Assembly: GCA_021790235.1 (NCBI GenBank)
Contig: JAJYID010000001.1
Coordinates: 43,131-107,130 of the forward strand
DNA: 64,000 bases
Direction: 5' to 3'
Source of the DNA: a bacterium
Lineage (GTDB): Bacteria; Patescibacteriota; CPR2; UBA1875; JAJYID01
Each line of letters begins with the position of its first letter. The first letter of the stretch is position 1. Under the pieces are notes generated by a model that ran no database searches, was not told the DNA's origin, and was given only the letters and a program-made list of their open reading frames with translations. Made by a program: the position numbers and the translations under genes. Below, piece by piece: positions 36,687 to 44,806 of this stretch.

Positions 36687-37949
36687 TTAATTTGACCCAG
36701 TTGTCTTTTCCAGCTTTTGTTCAGTAGCCTTGAGATTTTCTATATTCACGCTTATGTTTGCCGGTTCTATATTAACAATGGAGAGATCGGCAGGCTTTTT
36801 TACCTGATTTTCCTTTAAATATACTTTATATCGTCCGGTTTTCATATTTTTTAAGTCAACAGAAATTTGAAGAGAGTCAGGGTTTAACAGTTTAAACTCA
36901 GTCGCCCTGCCGGAGAAAACAACGATTACATTTTCCGGCGTATAATTTTCAACAACATATTCATTTTGCAGCCCTCCAAACTGTATGGGAATAGTAAATT
37001 TTCTTTGAATCATTGAGGTTTGGAAGTTCAAAAATACCCAAAAAAAGAGTGTTATGAGTATTGAGAAAGCTAAAGGGAAAATATTTCTTTTTAACCAACC
37101 GATATAAAAGTCACCTTGTTTTTTTGGGAACTTTCTTTGGAAAAATTCTTCAAGGATGTTTTCAAGCCCATTGACGCTGCCAACCTTAACCAGCTTTTTA
37201 TTATGGGCTATGGATATGCGTCCCGTTTCTTCGGAAACAACCAGGATAAGCGCATCTGTGAGTTCCGAAAGCCCGATGGCCGCTCTATGTCTAGTACCAT
37301 ATTTACTAATCACTTTGCGGCTCTCTGATAGGGGAAAATGCACGGCAAATCGACGAATTATATTGTTTTCAATAATTACCGCCCCGTCATGGCCGGGTGT
37401 TTTAGCATTAAAGATGCTAAGAAGAATTGGTAGAGAAACTTTGCCGTTTAACTTAATACCTCCTTCTAAATGTCTCTTTAGGTTTTCTTTACCGGCGAAG
37501 GCGATTAGCGCGCCGGTTTTTTCCTTTGAAAGTATCTGAACAGCATGAATAATAATTTTAATGGTCTCTTCTTGGGGAGCATGGATTGTGCTAAAACCAA
37601 ACCTGCCAAAAAATTCGAAAAGCCTCTTTAGCTCTTTTTGAAAGACAATGGCTATGACAACCAAAAACATGCTAAAAAAGGCGCTAAAAATTGTATGGGT
37701 AAGCTGAAGATCAAAAACTATGCTAAAGACATATAAAATTCCTAATGCGAGAATACCAAAAACTATAGGTAAGGATCTGGTTTTTTTGAACACTACAAAA
37801 ACAGCAAAAACTATTGTTGACATAATTGTAATGTCAAAAAAATCTTTGATTGAAATTCTTTCAAGAGTTGCAACACACGTATTTATAAACCGGAGTAATA
37901 CATCTAATATTAACACTAAGCAATTGTAACATGAATTGTATTGATACAA
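36687..37949 (-). CDS. diadenylate cyclase (CdaA/DisA_N) fused to a YbbR-like domain
   Basis: TM helices, GHDGAVII (DGA), GTRHRAAIGLSE (RHR), VSEETG; a further TM and a YbbR-like tail. Start uncertain. Confidence 0.88.
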   Translation of the reverse strand: MYQYNSCYNCLVLILDVLLRFINTCVATLERISIKDFFDITIMSTIVFAVFVVFKKTRSLPIVFGILALGILYVFSIVFDLQLTHTIFSAFFSMFLVVIAIVFQKELKRLFEFFGRFGFSTIHAPQEETIKIIIHAVQILSKEKTGALIAFAGKENLKRHLEGGIKLNGKVSLPILLSIFNAKTPGHDGAVIIENNIIRRFAVHFPLSESRKVISKYGTRHRAAIGLSELTDALILVVSEETGRISIAHNKKLVKVGSVNGLENILEEFFQRKFPKKQGDFYIGWLKRNIFPLAFSILITLFFWVFLNFQTSMIQRKFTIPIQFGGLQNEYVVENYTPENVIVVFSGRATEFKLLNPDSLQISVDLKNMKTGRYKVYLKENQVKKPADLSIVNIEPANISVNIENLKATEQKLEKTTGSN

Positions 37950-37960
37950 AAAGGTAGAGA

Positions 37961-38776
37961 TTAGTTAAGAGAGTATGCAGGGTCTATTTGAATAACCTTA
38001 AGCTTTTGTCTATTTTCTTTTGCTTTATCACCTAATTTTTCATATATCTTAAATCCTAGAATATAAGCGTCTCGATAATTTTCTTTTTCCTTTTCTAAAG
38101 CCAGAATATCCTTTAATGCAAGTTGTAGATAATTATTTTGAAAATAGATGTTTGATGCTTCAAGTCTTAAGTAAAAAGGATTTTGGCTGGAATTATATCT
38201 AGAAAAATACTTATTTAAGTCAAATAGATTACAGGCTTTTGCTTTTGTAAAGTATTTCTTTGCTATATCAAAGTTATTCAAATATGTGAAGCTAGCATAA
38301 CAGCTGGCAGAATCCTGATCTATGTTATAGAGTTGTTCTAAATAATTTTCAGCCCCTCCCCTATTGCCTTTTTTAAGTTGGGTGAGTACTAGACCTTTCA
38401 AAGACTCTGAATTTACCTTTTTGTTATTAGCCTTTACAAAAGCTTTTTCTGCCTTTTCAGATTGATTTTCAGATAAATATAAATCACCTAATTTATTTAA
38501 AATATCTGTCTCTCCCCTACCCACCATGATTTGTTCCGCGAGATCACTTCTACCGGATGCAATGTATAAATCAGCTAGTGTAATTATATTGCTTTCTTTT
38601 GGCCATAATTCTATGGATTTTTCTAAATCTTCTGTTTTTATTTGGCGATCGTTCGTTTCACGTGAAACTTTTGCATAATAATCAGCTTTTTTGTAAGACC
38701 ATATTACGTATCCAGTGAAGATGACTAAAAAGCCGACTAAAATTAAAGCAGTGATAATTATTTTTTTCTTTTTCAT
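37961..38776 (-). CDS. membrane-anchored TPR-repeat protein
   Basis: N-terminal TM, LNKLGDLYLSENQSEKAEKAF-type helical repeats. Confidence 0.75.
   Translation of the reverse strand: MKKKKIIITALILVGFLVIFTGYVIWSYKKADYYAKVSRETNDRQIKTEDLEKSIELWPKESNIITLADLYIASGRSDLAEQIMVGRGETDILNKLGDLYLSENQSEKAEKAFVKANNKKVNSESLKGLVLTQLKKGNRGGAENYLEQLYNIDQDSASCYASFTYLNNFDIAKKYFTKAKACNLFDLNKYFSRYNSSQNPFYLRLEASNIYFQNNYLQLALKDILALEKEKENYRDAYILGFKIYEKLGDKAKENRQKLKVIQIDPAYSLN
38654..38669. promoter_or_regulatory. parS site
   Basis: cGTTTCACGTGAAACt against consensus TGTTNCACGTGAAACA. Confidence 0.75.
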
Positions 38777-39037
38777 ATTTAAAGTTTAACATTTTAAAAT
38801 TAATCTGTCATTCAGGTTTAACCATCATCTCTCTAGGATGATCCTTCCGTTATCCTGTTACCGAGTAATTCTTTTTTGTCTACAAGGTGTGTAAAACTAT
38901 TCTTTGATAATCAAGAAATTTTTTCTAAGTCCTATTTTGAGCACGAATTAAACTGGAATTTGCTAATCCAGACTTTTCCACAATTTTTATTACCACGGTT
39001 ACAAAAGAAGTGATTTAGTTTGTGAGTTGGATTAAAA

Positions 39038-41206
39038 TTACGTGATTTTAGACCAGTCAGATATGATCAAAGGTTTTTCACTGTCTAGGTTTTCCCAAAT
39101 TGCTTCAGTAACAAAAGGCATAAAGGGATGAAGAAGTTTTAAAGAACTTTTGAGGACAGTATCGAGAGTGTATTGAGCAGCCAATTTAGATTTATCGTTT
39201 TCTCGAATGCGGATTTTGGCATCTTCAATACAAACATCACAAAACTCGTACCAGAAAAACATATAAATTTCTGAAACTGCGTGCTGAAAATCATAAATAT
39301 TAAGATATTTATTAATATTTATGATCGTTTGATTTAGATGAACAAGTGTGTTTTTATCGGCTTGCGTTAGTTGGTGTTTAATAGTTTCACGTGAAACACC
39401 TTCATAGTCTTCCAAGTTCATTAAGATGAATCTTGAGGCATTCCATATTTTATTTGCGAACCTTTTCCCATTCAAAATTGCATCTTCAGAAAACTTTATA
39501 TCCTGCCCCTGTCCTATTTGCCAGAGCAAGCCAAATCTAGTGGCGTCAGCCCCGTATTTCTCAATTAATCCTAACGGATCTACCCCCGTTCCGAGTGATT
39601 TTGACATCCTTCTGCCCTCATGATTAAAGACGGTTGGATGAAAGTAGACATCTTTGAAGGGAATCTCTCCCATAAATTCTATTCCAGAGAATATCATTCT
39701 GGCCACCCAGAGATAGATAATGTCTCTGGCGGTAGAAAGGAAAGTTGTGGGGTAAAAATATTCTAAATCCTTTGTTTTGTCGGGCCAACCAAAGGTGGCA
39801 AATGGCCATAGCGCGCTTGAGAACCAGGTATCAAGCACATCTTCGTCTCTTTTAAGTTTAGAAGACTTGCATTTTGGACATTTTCTTTGAGGTGTTTCAC
39901 GTGGAACACTTTGTATATCTTCTAATGCCCATTTTTCAGAAACAATAGTTTCTCCACAGTCACAATACCATACCGGTATTTGGTGGCCCCACCAGATTTG
40001 ACGGGAAATACACCAATCATTAATGTTTTTCATCCAATCAAGATAAACCTTCTTCCATTTTTTAGGGTGGAACTGCACTTTGCCATTTTCTACTGCTTTG
40101 ATGGCCGGTTTGGCTAGATCTGTCATTTTTATATACCATTGCAAGGTCAAAAGCGGTTCAACTACTTCATGACATCTATAGCAATGTCCGACATTATGGA
40201 TATAGGGTTTGGCTTTGGTAAGCCATTGCCCCTCTTTTAACATTTCGATTAAAACATCCCGGGCCTCAAATCTGTCCAATCCGGCAAACTCTTCGCCTGC
40301 TTCAGGAGTCATTTTGCCTTCAAGGTCAATTACAGTAATTTTCTCTAAATTATGTCTTTTTGCAATCTCAAAGTCATTTGGATCATGCGCAGGAGTTACC
40401 TTAACTGCGCCTGTCCCAAACTCCATGTCTACGTGTTTGTCAGCAATTATCGGAATTTTTCGCTTTATAATAGGTAAAATTACTATTTTACCTATTATAT
40501 CTTTATATCTTTTATCTTTAGGGTTGACGGCTACAGCTGTATCACCAAGCATAGTTTCTGGTCGGGTTGTAGCCACAACCACTTCTCCCCCACCTTCGAT
40601 CTCAAACTTAATATGCCAAAGATAGCTTTCATGTTTTTCGTGCTCAACTTCAAGATCAGATAATGATGTATGACATCGCGGGCACCAGTTTGTAATTCGA
40701 TAATCTCTATAGATGTATCCTTCTTCGTAGTAATGCGTGAATGCGTTCAAAATTGCTTTTGTATAATTTGTATCCATTGTAAATCTCTTTCGACTCCAAT
40801 CACAGGAACATCCCAGAGTTTTGAGCTGGCCTAGGATGTGTGTTTCATACTCATTTTTCCATTGCAAAACTTCATCTATAAATTTGCTTCTGCCAAGGTC
40901 AAATCTTGTCTTTCCCTCTTTGGCAAGTTTCTTTTCGACCACATTCTGGGTGGCTATACCGGCATGATCTGTGCCGGGGAGGTATTCGGTCGGTTCTCCT
41001 TTCATTCTGTGCCATCGGATGAGAGCATCTTGTATAGTATTGTTTAAAGCGTGCCCCATATGTAACGAGCCTGTTACATTAGGTGGGGGAATAACTACAG
41101 TAAAAGGTTTTTTATCACTTTCAAGTTTGGGAGTAAAGTATTCTCCCTTCTCCCACATTTTATAAATTCTCTTTTCGTGTTCTTCTGGTTTGTATGATTT
41201 GTCCAT
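39038..41206 (-). CDS. valS: valine-tRNA ligase (lacks the C-terminal coiled-coil arm)
   Basis: PPPNVTGSLHMGH, DHAGIATQ, TTRPET, DWCISRQIWWGH, RMSKS. Real start MDKSY at 41206, since the track's start lies inside the T-box terminator. Confidence 0.96.
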   Translation of the reverse strand: MDKSYKPEEHEKRIYKMWEKGEYFTPKLESDKKPFTVVIPPPNVTGSLHMGHALNNTIQDALIRWHRMKGEPTEYLPGTDHAGIATQNVVEKKLAKEGKTRFDLGRSKFIDEVLQWKNEYETHILGQLKTLGCSCDWSRKRFTMDTNYTKAILNAFTHYYEEGYIYRDYRITNWCPRCHTSLSDLEVEHEKHESYLWHIKFEIEGGGEVVVATTRPETMLGDTAVAVNPKDKRYKDIIGKIVILPIIKRKIPIIADKHVDMEFGTGAVKVTPAHDPNDFEIAKRHNLEKITVIDLEGKMTPEAGEEFAGLDRFEARDVLIEMLKEGQWLTKAKPYIHNVGHCYRCHEVVEPLLTLQWYIKMTDLAKPAIKAVENGKVQFHPKKWKKVYLDWMKNINDWCISRQIWWGHQIPVWYCDCGETIVSEKWALEDIQSVPRETPQRKCPKCKSSKLKRDEDVLDTWFSSALWPFATFGWPDKTKDLEYFYPTTFLSTARDIIYLWVARMIFSGIEFMGEIPFKDVYFHPTVFNHEGRRMSKSLGTGVDPLGLIEKYGADATRFGLLWQIGQGQDIKFSEDAILNGKRFANKIWNASRFILMNLEDYEGVSRETIKHQLTQADKNTLVHLNQTIININKYLNIYDFQHAVSEIYMFFWYEFCDVCIEDAKIRIRENDKSKLAAQYTLDTVLKSSLKLLHPFMPFVTEAIWENLDSEKPLIISDWSKIT
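39383..39398. promoter_or_regulatory. parS site
   Basis: aGTTTCACGTGAAACA. Confidence 0.8.
39893..39908. promoter_or_regulatory. parS site
   Basis: TGTTTCACGTGGAACA; its reverse complement TGTTCCACGTGAAACA matches the consensus exactly. Confidence 0.85.
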
Positions 41207-41221
41207 TTTTGCCTTTTCTAA

Positions 41222-41392
41222 AAATAAAAACCCCGCTTCTTGGGGGTCCGACATTTGCCGGATGGTACCACCCCAATTCCACGTGGCACTTCATTTTGGC
41301 TTTTACGGAGCCTGCCGGCAGGTTCTAATGCCGTAGTTGACGGTTTCTTCCTGCAGCTTGCAGAGTGACATGAATCCCTGCTTCAACGCTTT
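41222..41392 (-). ncRNA. T-box riboswitch leader of valS
   Basis: AATTGGGGTGGTACCA T-box (41263-41278), terminator CCCCAAGAAGCGGGG-TTTTT, candidate Val specifier GTC (41339-41341); promoter TTGACT-17-TATAAT at 41405-41433. Confidence 0.85.
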
Positions 41393-41438
41393 TAAATTTA
41401 ACTAATTATACTTAAAATATTCTTAAAAGTCAAAAAGA

Positions 41439-41466
41439 AAGCGCATGCTCGACCGAGCATGCGCTT
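41439..41466 (-). terminator. intrinsic terminator after the radical SAM gene
   Basis: AAGCGCATGCTC-GACC-GAGCATGCGCTT perfect stem with a T-tract on the minus strand. Confidence 0.8.
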
Positions 41467-41484
41467 ACATTATCACTTCACCTA

Positions 41485-42984
41485 TTATCCTGTGATTCGC
41501 TTTGTTACACTGCGAAAATGTATACCGCAAATCGCCAACTCTATGGCTTCTGTGAAGACCTTGGGTTTATTGATGAGGGTTTTTGCCACAAGCCGCCAAT
41601 AATATAAACCTTGGCTTGAAAGGCCTAAACGGCAGGAAGCTAACACGAATGCCTTCGCATTTCCCCAATCAGCTGTCTTAACTCTACACTTTACAGTTGG
41701 TTTGTATTGTTCTAAAAACACATCTATCCGCTTGTAGTATGCTTTTGGTGCATAGATTGTTTGCAGTAGATGATAGTAGCCATTGATTAGTGCTTCTTTA
41801 TCCATTTTCGGGACAAAGGTGAGAGCACCTGTATTTTCGCCGGTTGTCTTGTTAAGCAACCTATTTTCCTTTCCCAGTCTTTTTTCCAGATCGGTTTTAG
41901 GCAAGACTGTCAGCAAACCCACCATCACGTGGGCCACACCGATCTCTTGGATAAACTCGATTTGGCGTTCGAATATACTTTCATCGTCGCTATCAAAGCC
42001 GACTATGTGTCCCGACATCACCATCATGCCATGAGCCTGGATCTGGTGAACAGCCTCAACTAGGTCAACCTTAATGTTCTGACCCTTGTTGCATTCTTGA
42101 AGCGCATCTTTGGAGGGTGTTTCCAGGCCGAGGAAGACTTTATAGAAGTTGGCTTTACTCATGGCTGACATCAGTTCTTCATCTGAAGCGAGATTGATGC
42201 TTGCCTCAGTCATGAATTTGAATGGGTAGTTGTGTTTGACCAGCCAATCTCTCAAGATTGATAAAAGTTTTTTTACTTTTACCTTATTGCCGATAAAGTT
42301 GTCATCGACAATAAACACAGATCCTCGATAGCCGGTGTTGTACAGAAGCTCAAGCTCATGGATGAACTGAACGTCATCCTTTAACCTTGGTTTCTGGCCG
42401 AACATGATTCTAATATCACAAAATTCACACATGTGGGGGCAGCCGCGTGAATACTGTACAGACATTGATGAATAAAACTTGAATTTGTCTTCGAGAAGCT
42501 CCCAGTGAGGAGGCGGAGTTAAAGACAATTCTGGTTTAATGTCTGTCTCATACCGATGATGTGGATGACTGTTATCCAAGTCTTGAAGAAATTGTGGTAA
42601 TGTCACCTCGGCTTCTCCAAGGACAAAATAGTCGATATCTTCAGTTTCTGTTGCTTGCGAAGTGAACAAAGGACCGCCGGCAACGATCTTTAGATGTTCG
42701 TGTAGTTTACATTTCTCCACGATTTCTAGCACTGACTTTTCCTGGATGATCATCGCACTTACAAACACCATATCTGCCCATTCAAGGTCCTTATCGCGAA
42801 GCTTTTCCACATTAAGATCGATCAGCCTCTGGTACCAGTGTGGCTTCAGCTTCTTTAGTATTCCGCCAACCGTCAGAAGCGGTAGAGGAGGCAAAGCGGC
42901 TTTTTTCCCGACAAATGCAATTGCTTTTTTTAAACTCCAGAAAGTTTCCTCCGGGATCTTCGGATAAATAAGAAGAATATTCAT
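41485..42984 (-). CDS. B12-binding radical SAM protein (DUF4070-type)
   Basis: PPLPLLTV, VAGGP, GEAE, SRGCPHMCEFC (CxxxCxxC), VDDNFIGN, TEASINLA; own promoter TTGACT-17-TATAAA at 43034-43062. Confidence 0.9.
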   Translation of the reverse strand: MNILLIYPKIPEETFWSLKKAIAFVGKKAALPPLPLLTVGGILKKLKPHWYQRLIDLNVEKLRDKDLEWADMVFVSAMIIQEKSVLEIVEKCKLHEHLKIVAGGPLFTSQATETEDIDYFVLGEAEVTLPQFLQDLDNSHPHHRYETDIKPELSLTPPPHWELLEDKFKFYSSMSVQYSRGCPHMCEFCDIRIMFGQKPRLKDDVQFIHELELLYNTGYRGSVFIVDDNFIGNKVKVKKLLSILRDWLVKHNYPFKFMTEASINLASDEELMSAMSKANFYKVFLGLETPSKDALQECNKGQNIKVDLVEAVHQIQAHGMMVMSGHIVGFDSDDESIFERQIEFIQEIGVAHVMVGLLTVLPKTDLEKRLGKENRLLNKTTGENTGALTFVPKMDKEALINGYYHLLQTIYAPKAYYKRIDVFLEQYKPTVKCRVKTADWGNAKAFVLASCRLGLSSQGLYYWRLVAKTLINKPKVFTEAIELAICGIHFRSVTKRITG

Positions 42985-43075
42985 AGTAGCTCCTTAGTAG
43001 GGTATATAGATATCAAAGAACAGTTGAAAAACCTTTATACGTCCTTTTGTTTGAGAAGTCAAATATTTTAGCATA

Positions 43076-43238
43076 AATTCCATTTCGAACCGTGACACTT
43101 CACTAAAAAAGACATCCTAATCTAATTCTCTGTAAAATGAGTTTGAAACAAAACATTTAAGAAAGGAGGAAAAGGATGTCTTACACCCATCTTACCAAAG
43201 ATGACCGTATTAGGTTAGATAAAATACCACTAAGATAA
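43076..43238 (+). mobile_element. IS30-family left-end remnant (IR-like end plus the first codons of the transposase)
   Basis: GGAGG RBS then ATG at 43176 giving MSYTHLTKDDRIRL..., like the IS30 HTH N-terminus. AAGACATCCT (43109) and AGGATGTCTT (43173) form an inverted repeat over the start codon. Confidence 0.65.
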
Positions 43239-44297
43239 ACTGAGGTTTGGGTTAGGAACTAAATCTTGTGGCTTTGTGAAGCCTTTTTCGTCCGAAAGGC
43301 AGGCTTTTTCTTTTTGTTTATGATATGCTGCAGCACCGATCATAGCTGCGTTATCAGTACAATATTTAAGATCCGGCATATAAAAAGATGTACCTAGTTT
43401 TTCACGCAATTTAGCCAACTCTTGTCTTAAGAGAGGGTTGGCAGCTACCCCGCCGGATAAGATAAATGATTTTGGTTTATGCTGCGCTATTGCTCTTTGG
43501 CTGTTTTGGATTAAAGTCTCAACGATAGTTTTCTGAAAAGAGGCGGCAATATCCGCTTTATCTTGTTCTGAAAATGATTTTGATTGCTTTACAACATTTA
43601 AAACAGCAGTTTTAAGGCCCGAAAAGCTGAAATCGAGGCTAGGGAAAGAGTATTCTAGGAAGCCTTCCGTGTTTCTTTTTGGTTTCGAAGTGAGATCAAT
43701 AATAGGAAATTTATATTTATTTGGGTTACCCTTTTCCGCCGATTTTGAAATATTTGGCCCGCCGGGGTAGGGAAGACTGAGGAGCTGCGCCACTTTATCG
43801 AAGGCTTCTCCGGCCGCATCATCACGAGTCTGACCTATAATTTTAAATTTATAGTGATTTTCTACTTCAATTAACATGGTATGTCCGCCAGAAACAAGCA
43901 GGGCTATGAGAGGGAATTGAGGTATATTTTTGCTTATCCAGTTTGCATAAATATGTCCTTCTAAGTGATTTACAGCAATTATCGGTTTCTTTTTTAAAAT
44001 TGCTAAAGCACGGGCCGTTTCCGTACCTATAATTAAACTGCCGATGAGACCGGGACCTTGAGTTACGGCTATGACGTCAATATTTTCCCATTTAGTTTTC
44101 GCTTCGGAAAGAGATTCCTCTACAACCGGAATTATAGATTGTACATGGGCGCGGGCAGCTACCTCCGGTACTACTCCGCCGTATTTGGCATGGATGTCTA
44201 TTTGTGAAGCAACCACATTCGACAAAACTCCATGGCCATCTTTCACAACCGCTGCCGCAGTTTCATCACAACTTGACTCTATAGCTAGGATGTTCAT
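43230..44297 (-). CDS. tsaD: tRNA threonylcarbamoyladenosine biosynthesis protein TsaD
   Basis: IESSCDETA, GGVVPEVAARAH, NHLEGH, VSGGHT, DDAAGEAFDKVA, FSFSGLKT, CTDNAAMI. Confidence 0.97.
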   Translation of the reverse strand: MNILAIESSCDETAAAVVKDGHGVLSNVVASQIDIHAKYGGVVPEVAARAHVQSIIPVVEESLSEAKTKWENIDVIAVTQGPGLIGSLIIGTETARALAILKKKPIIAVNHLEGHIYANWISKNIPQFPLIALLVSGGHTMLIEVENHYKFKIIGQTRDDAAGEAFDKVAQLLSLPYPGGPNISKSAEKGNPNKYKFPIIDLTSKPKRNTEGFLEYSFPSLDFSFSGLKTAVLNVVKQSKSFSEQDKADIAASFQKTIVETLIQNSQRAIAQHKPKSFILSGGVAANPLLRQELAKLREKLGTSFYMPDLKYCTDNAAMIGAAAYHKQKEKACLSDEKGFTKPQDLVPNPNLSLS

Positions 44298-44335
44298 TCT
44301 TTTATTATATTAACTAAAACCATAGCTTAAAAGTC

Positions 44336-44364
44336 TTGACAAGACATAAGTTTTATAATATAAT
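44336..44364 (+). promoter_or_regulatory. perfect sigma70 promoter
   Basis: TTGACA-17 nt-TATAAT. Confidence 0.8.
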
Positions 44365-44424
44365 TTCAACTTTTCTTTTTCTTAAAGTCAAAAAGTTTAA
44401 TTATGTATTCTGAAAGGAGCAGCA

Positions 44425-44700
44425 ATGGCTAAACAAGAGAAAGACTGGTTCCTTGAGATGGTCATAGATTGGGCGGATGAATGGGATAGTTACGCTTTCC
44501 CACTCGTTATTATAGGATTTATCTGGACCGTATTTTGCGGTCTGATGATAGGAGTAGATGCTCTGCTAGCATAGGGAGCGTACTCTATCCTCCCATCTAC
44601 TGTCTTTATCATCACGATTTGGTTCGTGCTTTTGCCAATCTTTATAGTCTGGACATATAAAGATGCAAAGGTATACGAAGCTGCACGGGACGGCATCTGA
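44425..44700 (+). pseudogene. small two-TM membrane protein interrupted by an in-frame TAG at codon 50
   Basis: GAAAGGAG RBS; MAKQEKDWFLEMVIDWADEWDSYAFPLVIIGFIWTVFCGLMIGVDALLA*GAYSILPSTVFIITIWFVLLPIFIVWTYKDAKVYEAARDGI*. Confidence 0.6.
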
Positions 44701-44732
44701 TCTATAGAATTATCGTAAAACTTAGATGCCTA

Positions 44733-44768
44733 AAGCCCACCGGAAAGTTAACCGGCGGGCTTTTTTGT
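44733..44768 (+). terminator. intrinsic terminator
   Basis: AAGCCCACCGG-AAAGTTAA-CCGGCGGGCTT followed by a T-tract. Confidence 0.8.
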
Positions 44769-44806
44769 TTTTTTACTATATTTATAAGGATTTTTGTGCT
44801 TAAATA

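Noticed and set aside
41277-41289. TTCCACGTGGCAC as another parS
   Set aside because: Too many mismatches in the outer arms, and it is part of the T-box leader.
43084-43095. TTCGAACCGTGA as a fourth copy of the 26895 operator-like motif
   Set aside because: It falls within the putative IS30 terminal inverted repeat, so the similarity may be coincidental.
44572-44574. Pyrrolysine recoding of the in-frame TAG
   Set aside because: No pyl genes or CUA-anticodon tRNA are in the window, and TAG is a normal stop for rpmH, dnaN, groEL and rpoD.
44490-44696. 68-aa minus-strand ORF
   Set aside because: The promoter, RBS and terminator all support the + strand reading.
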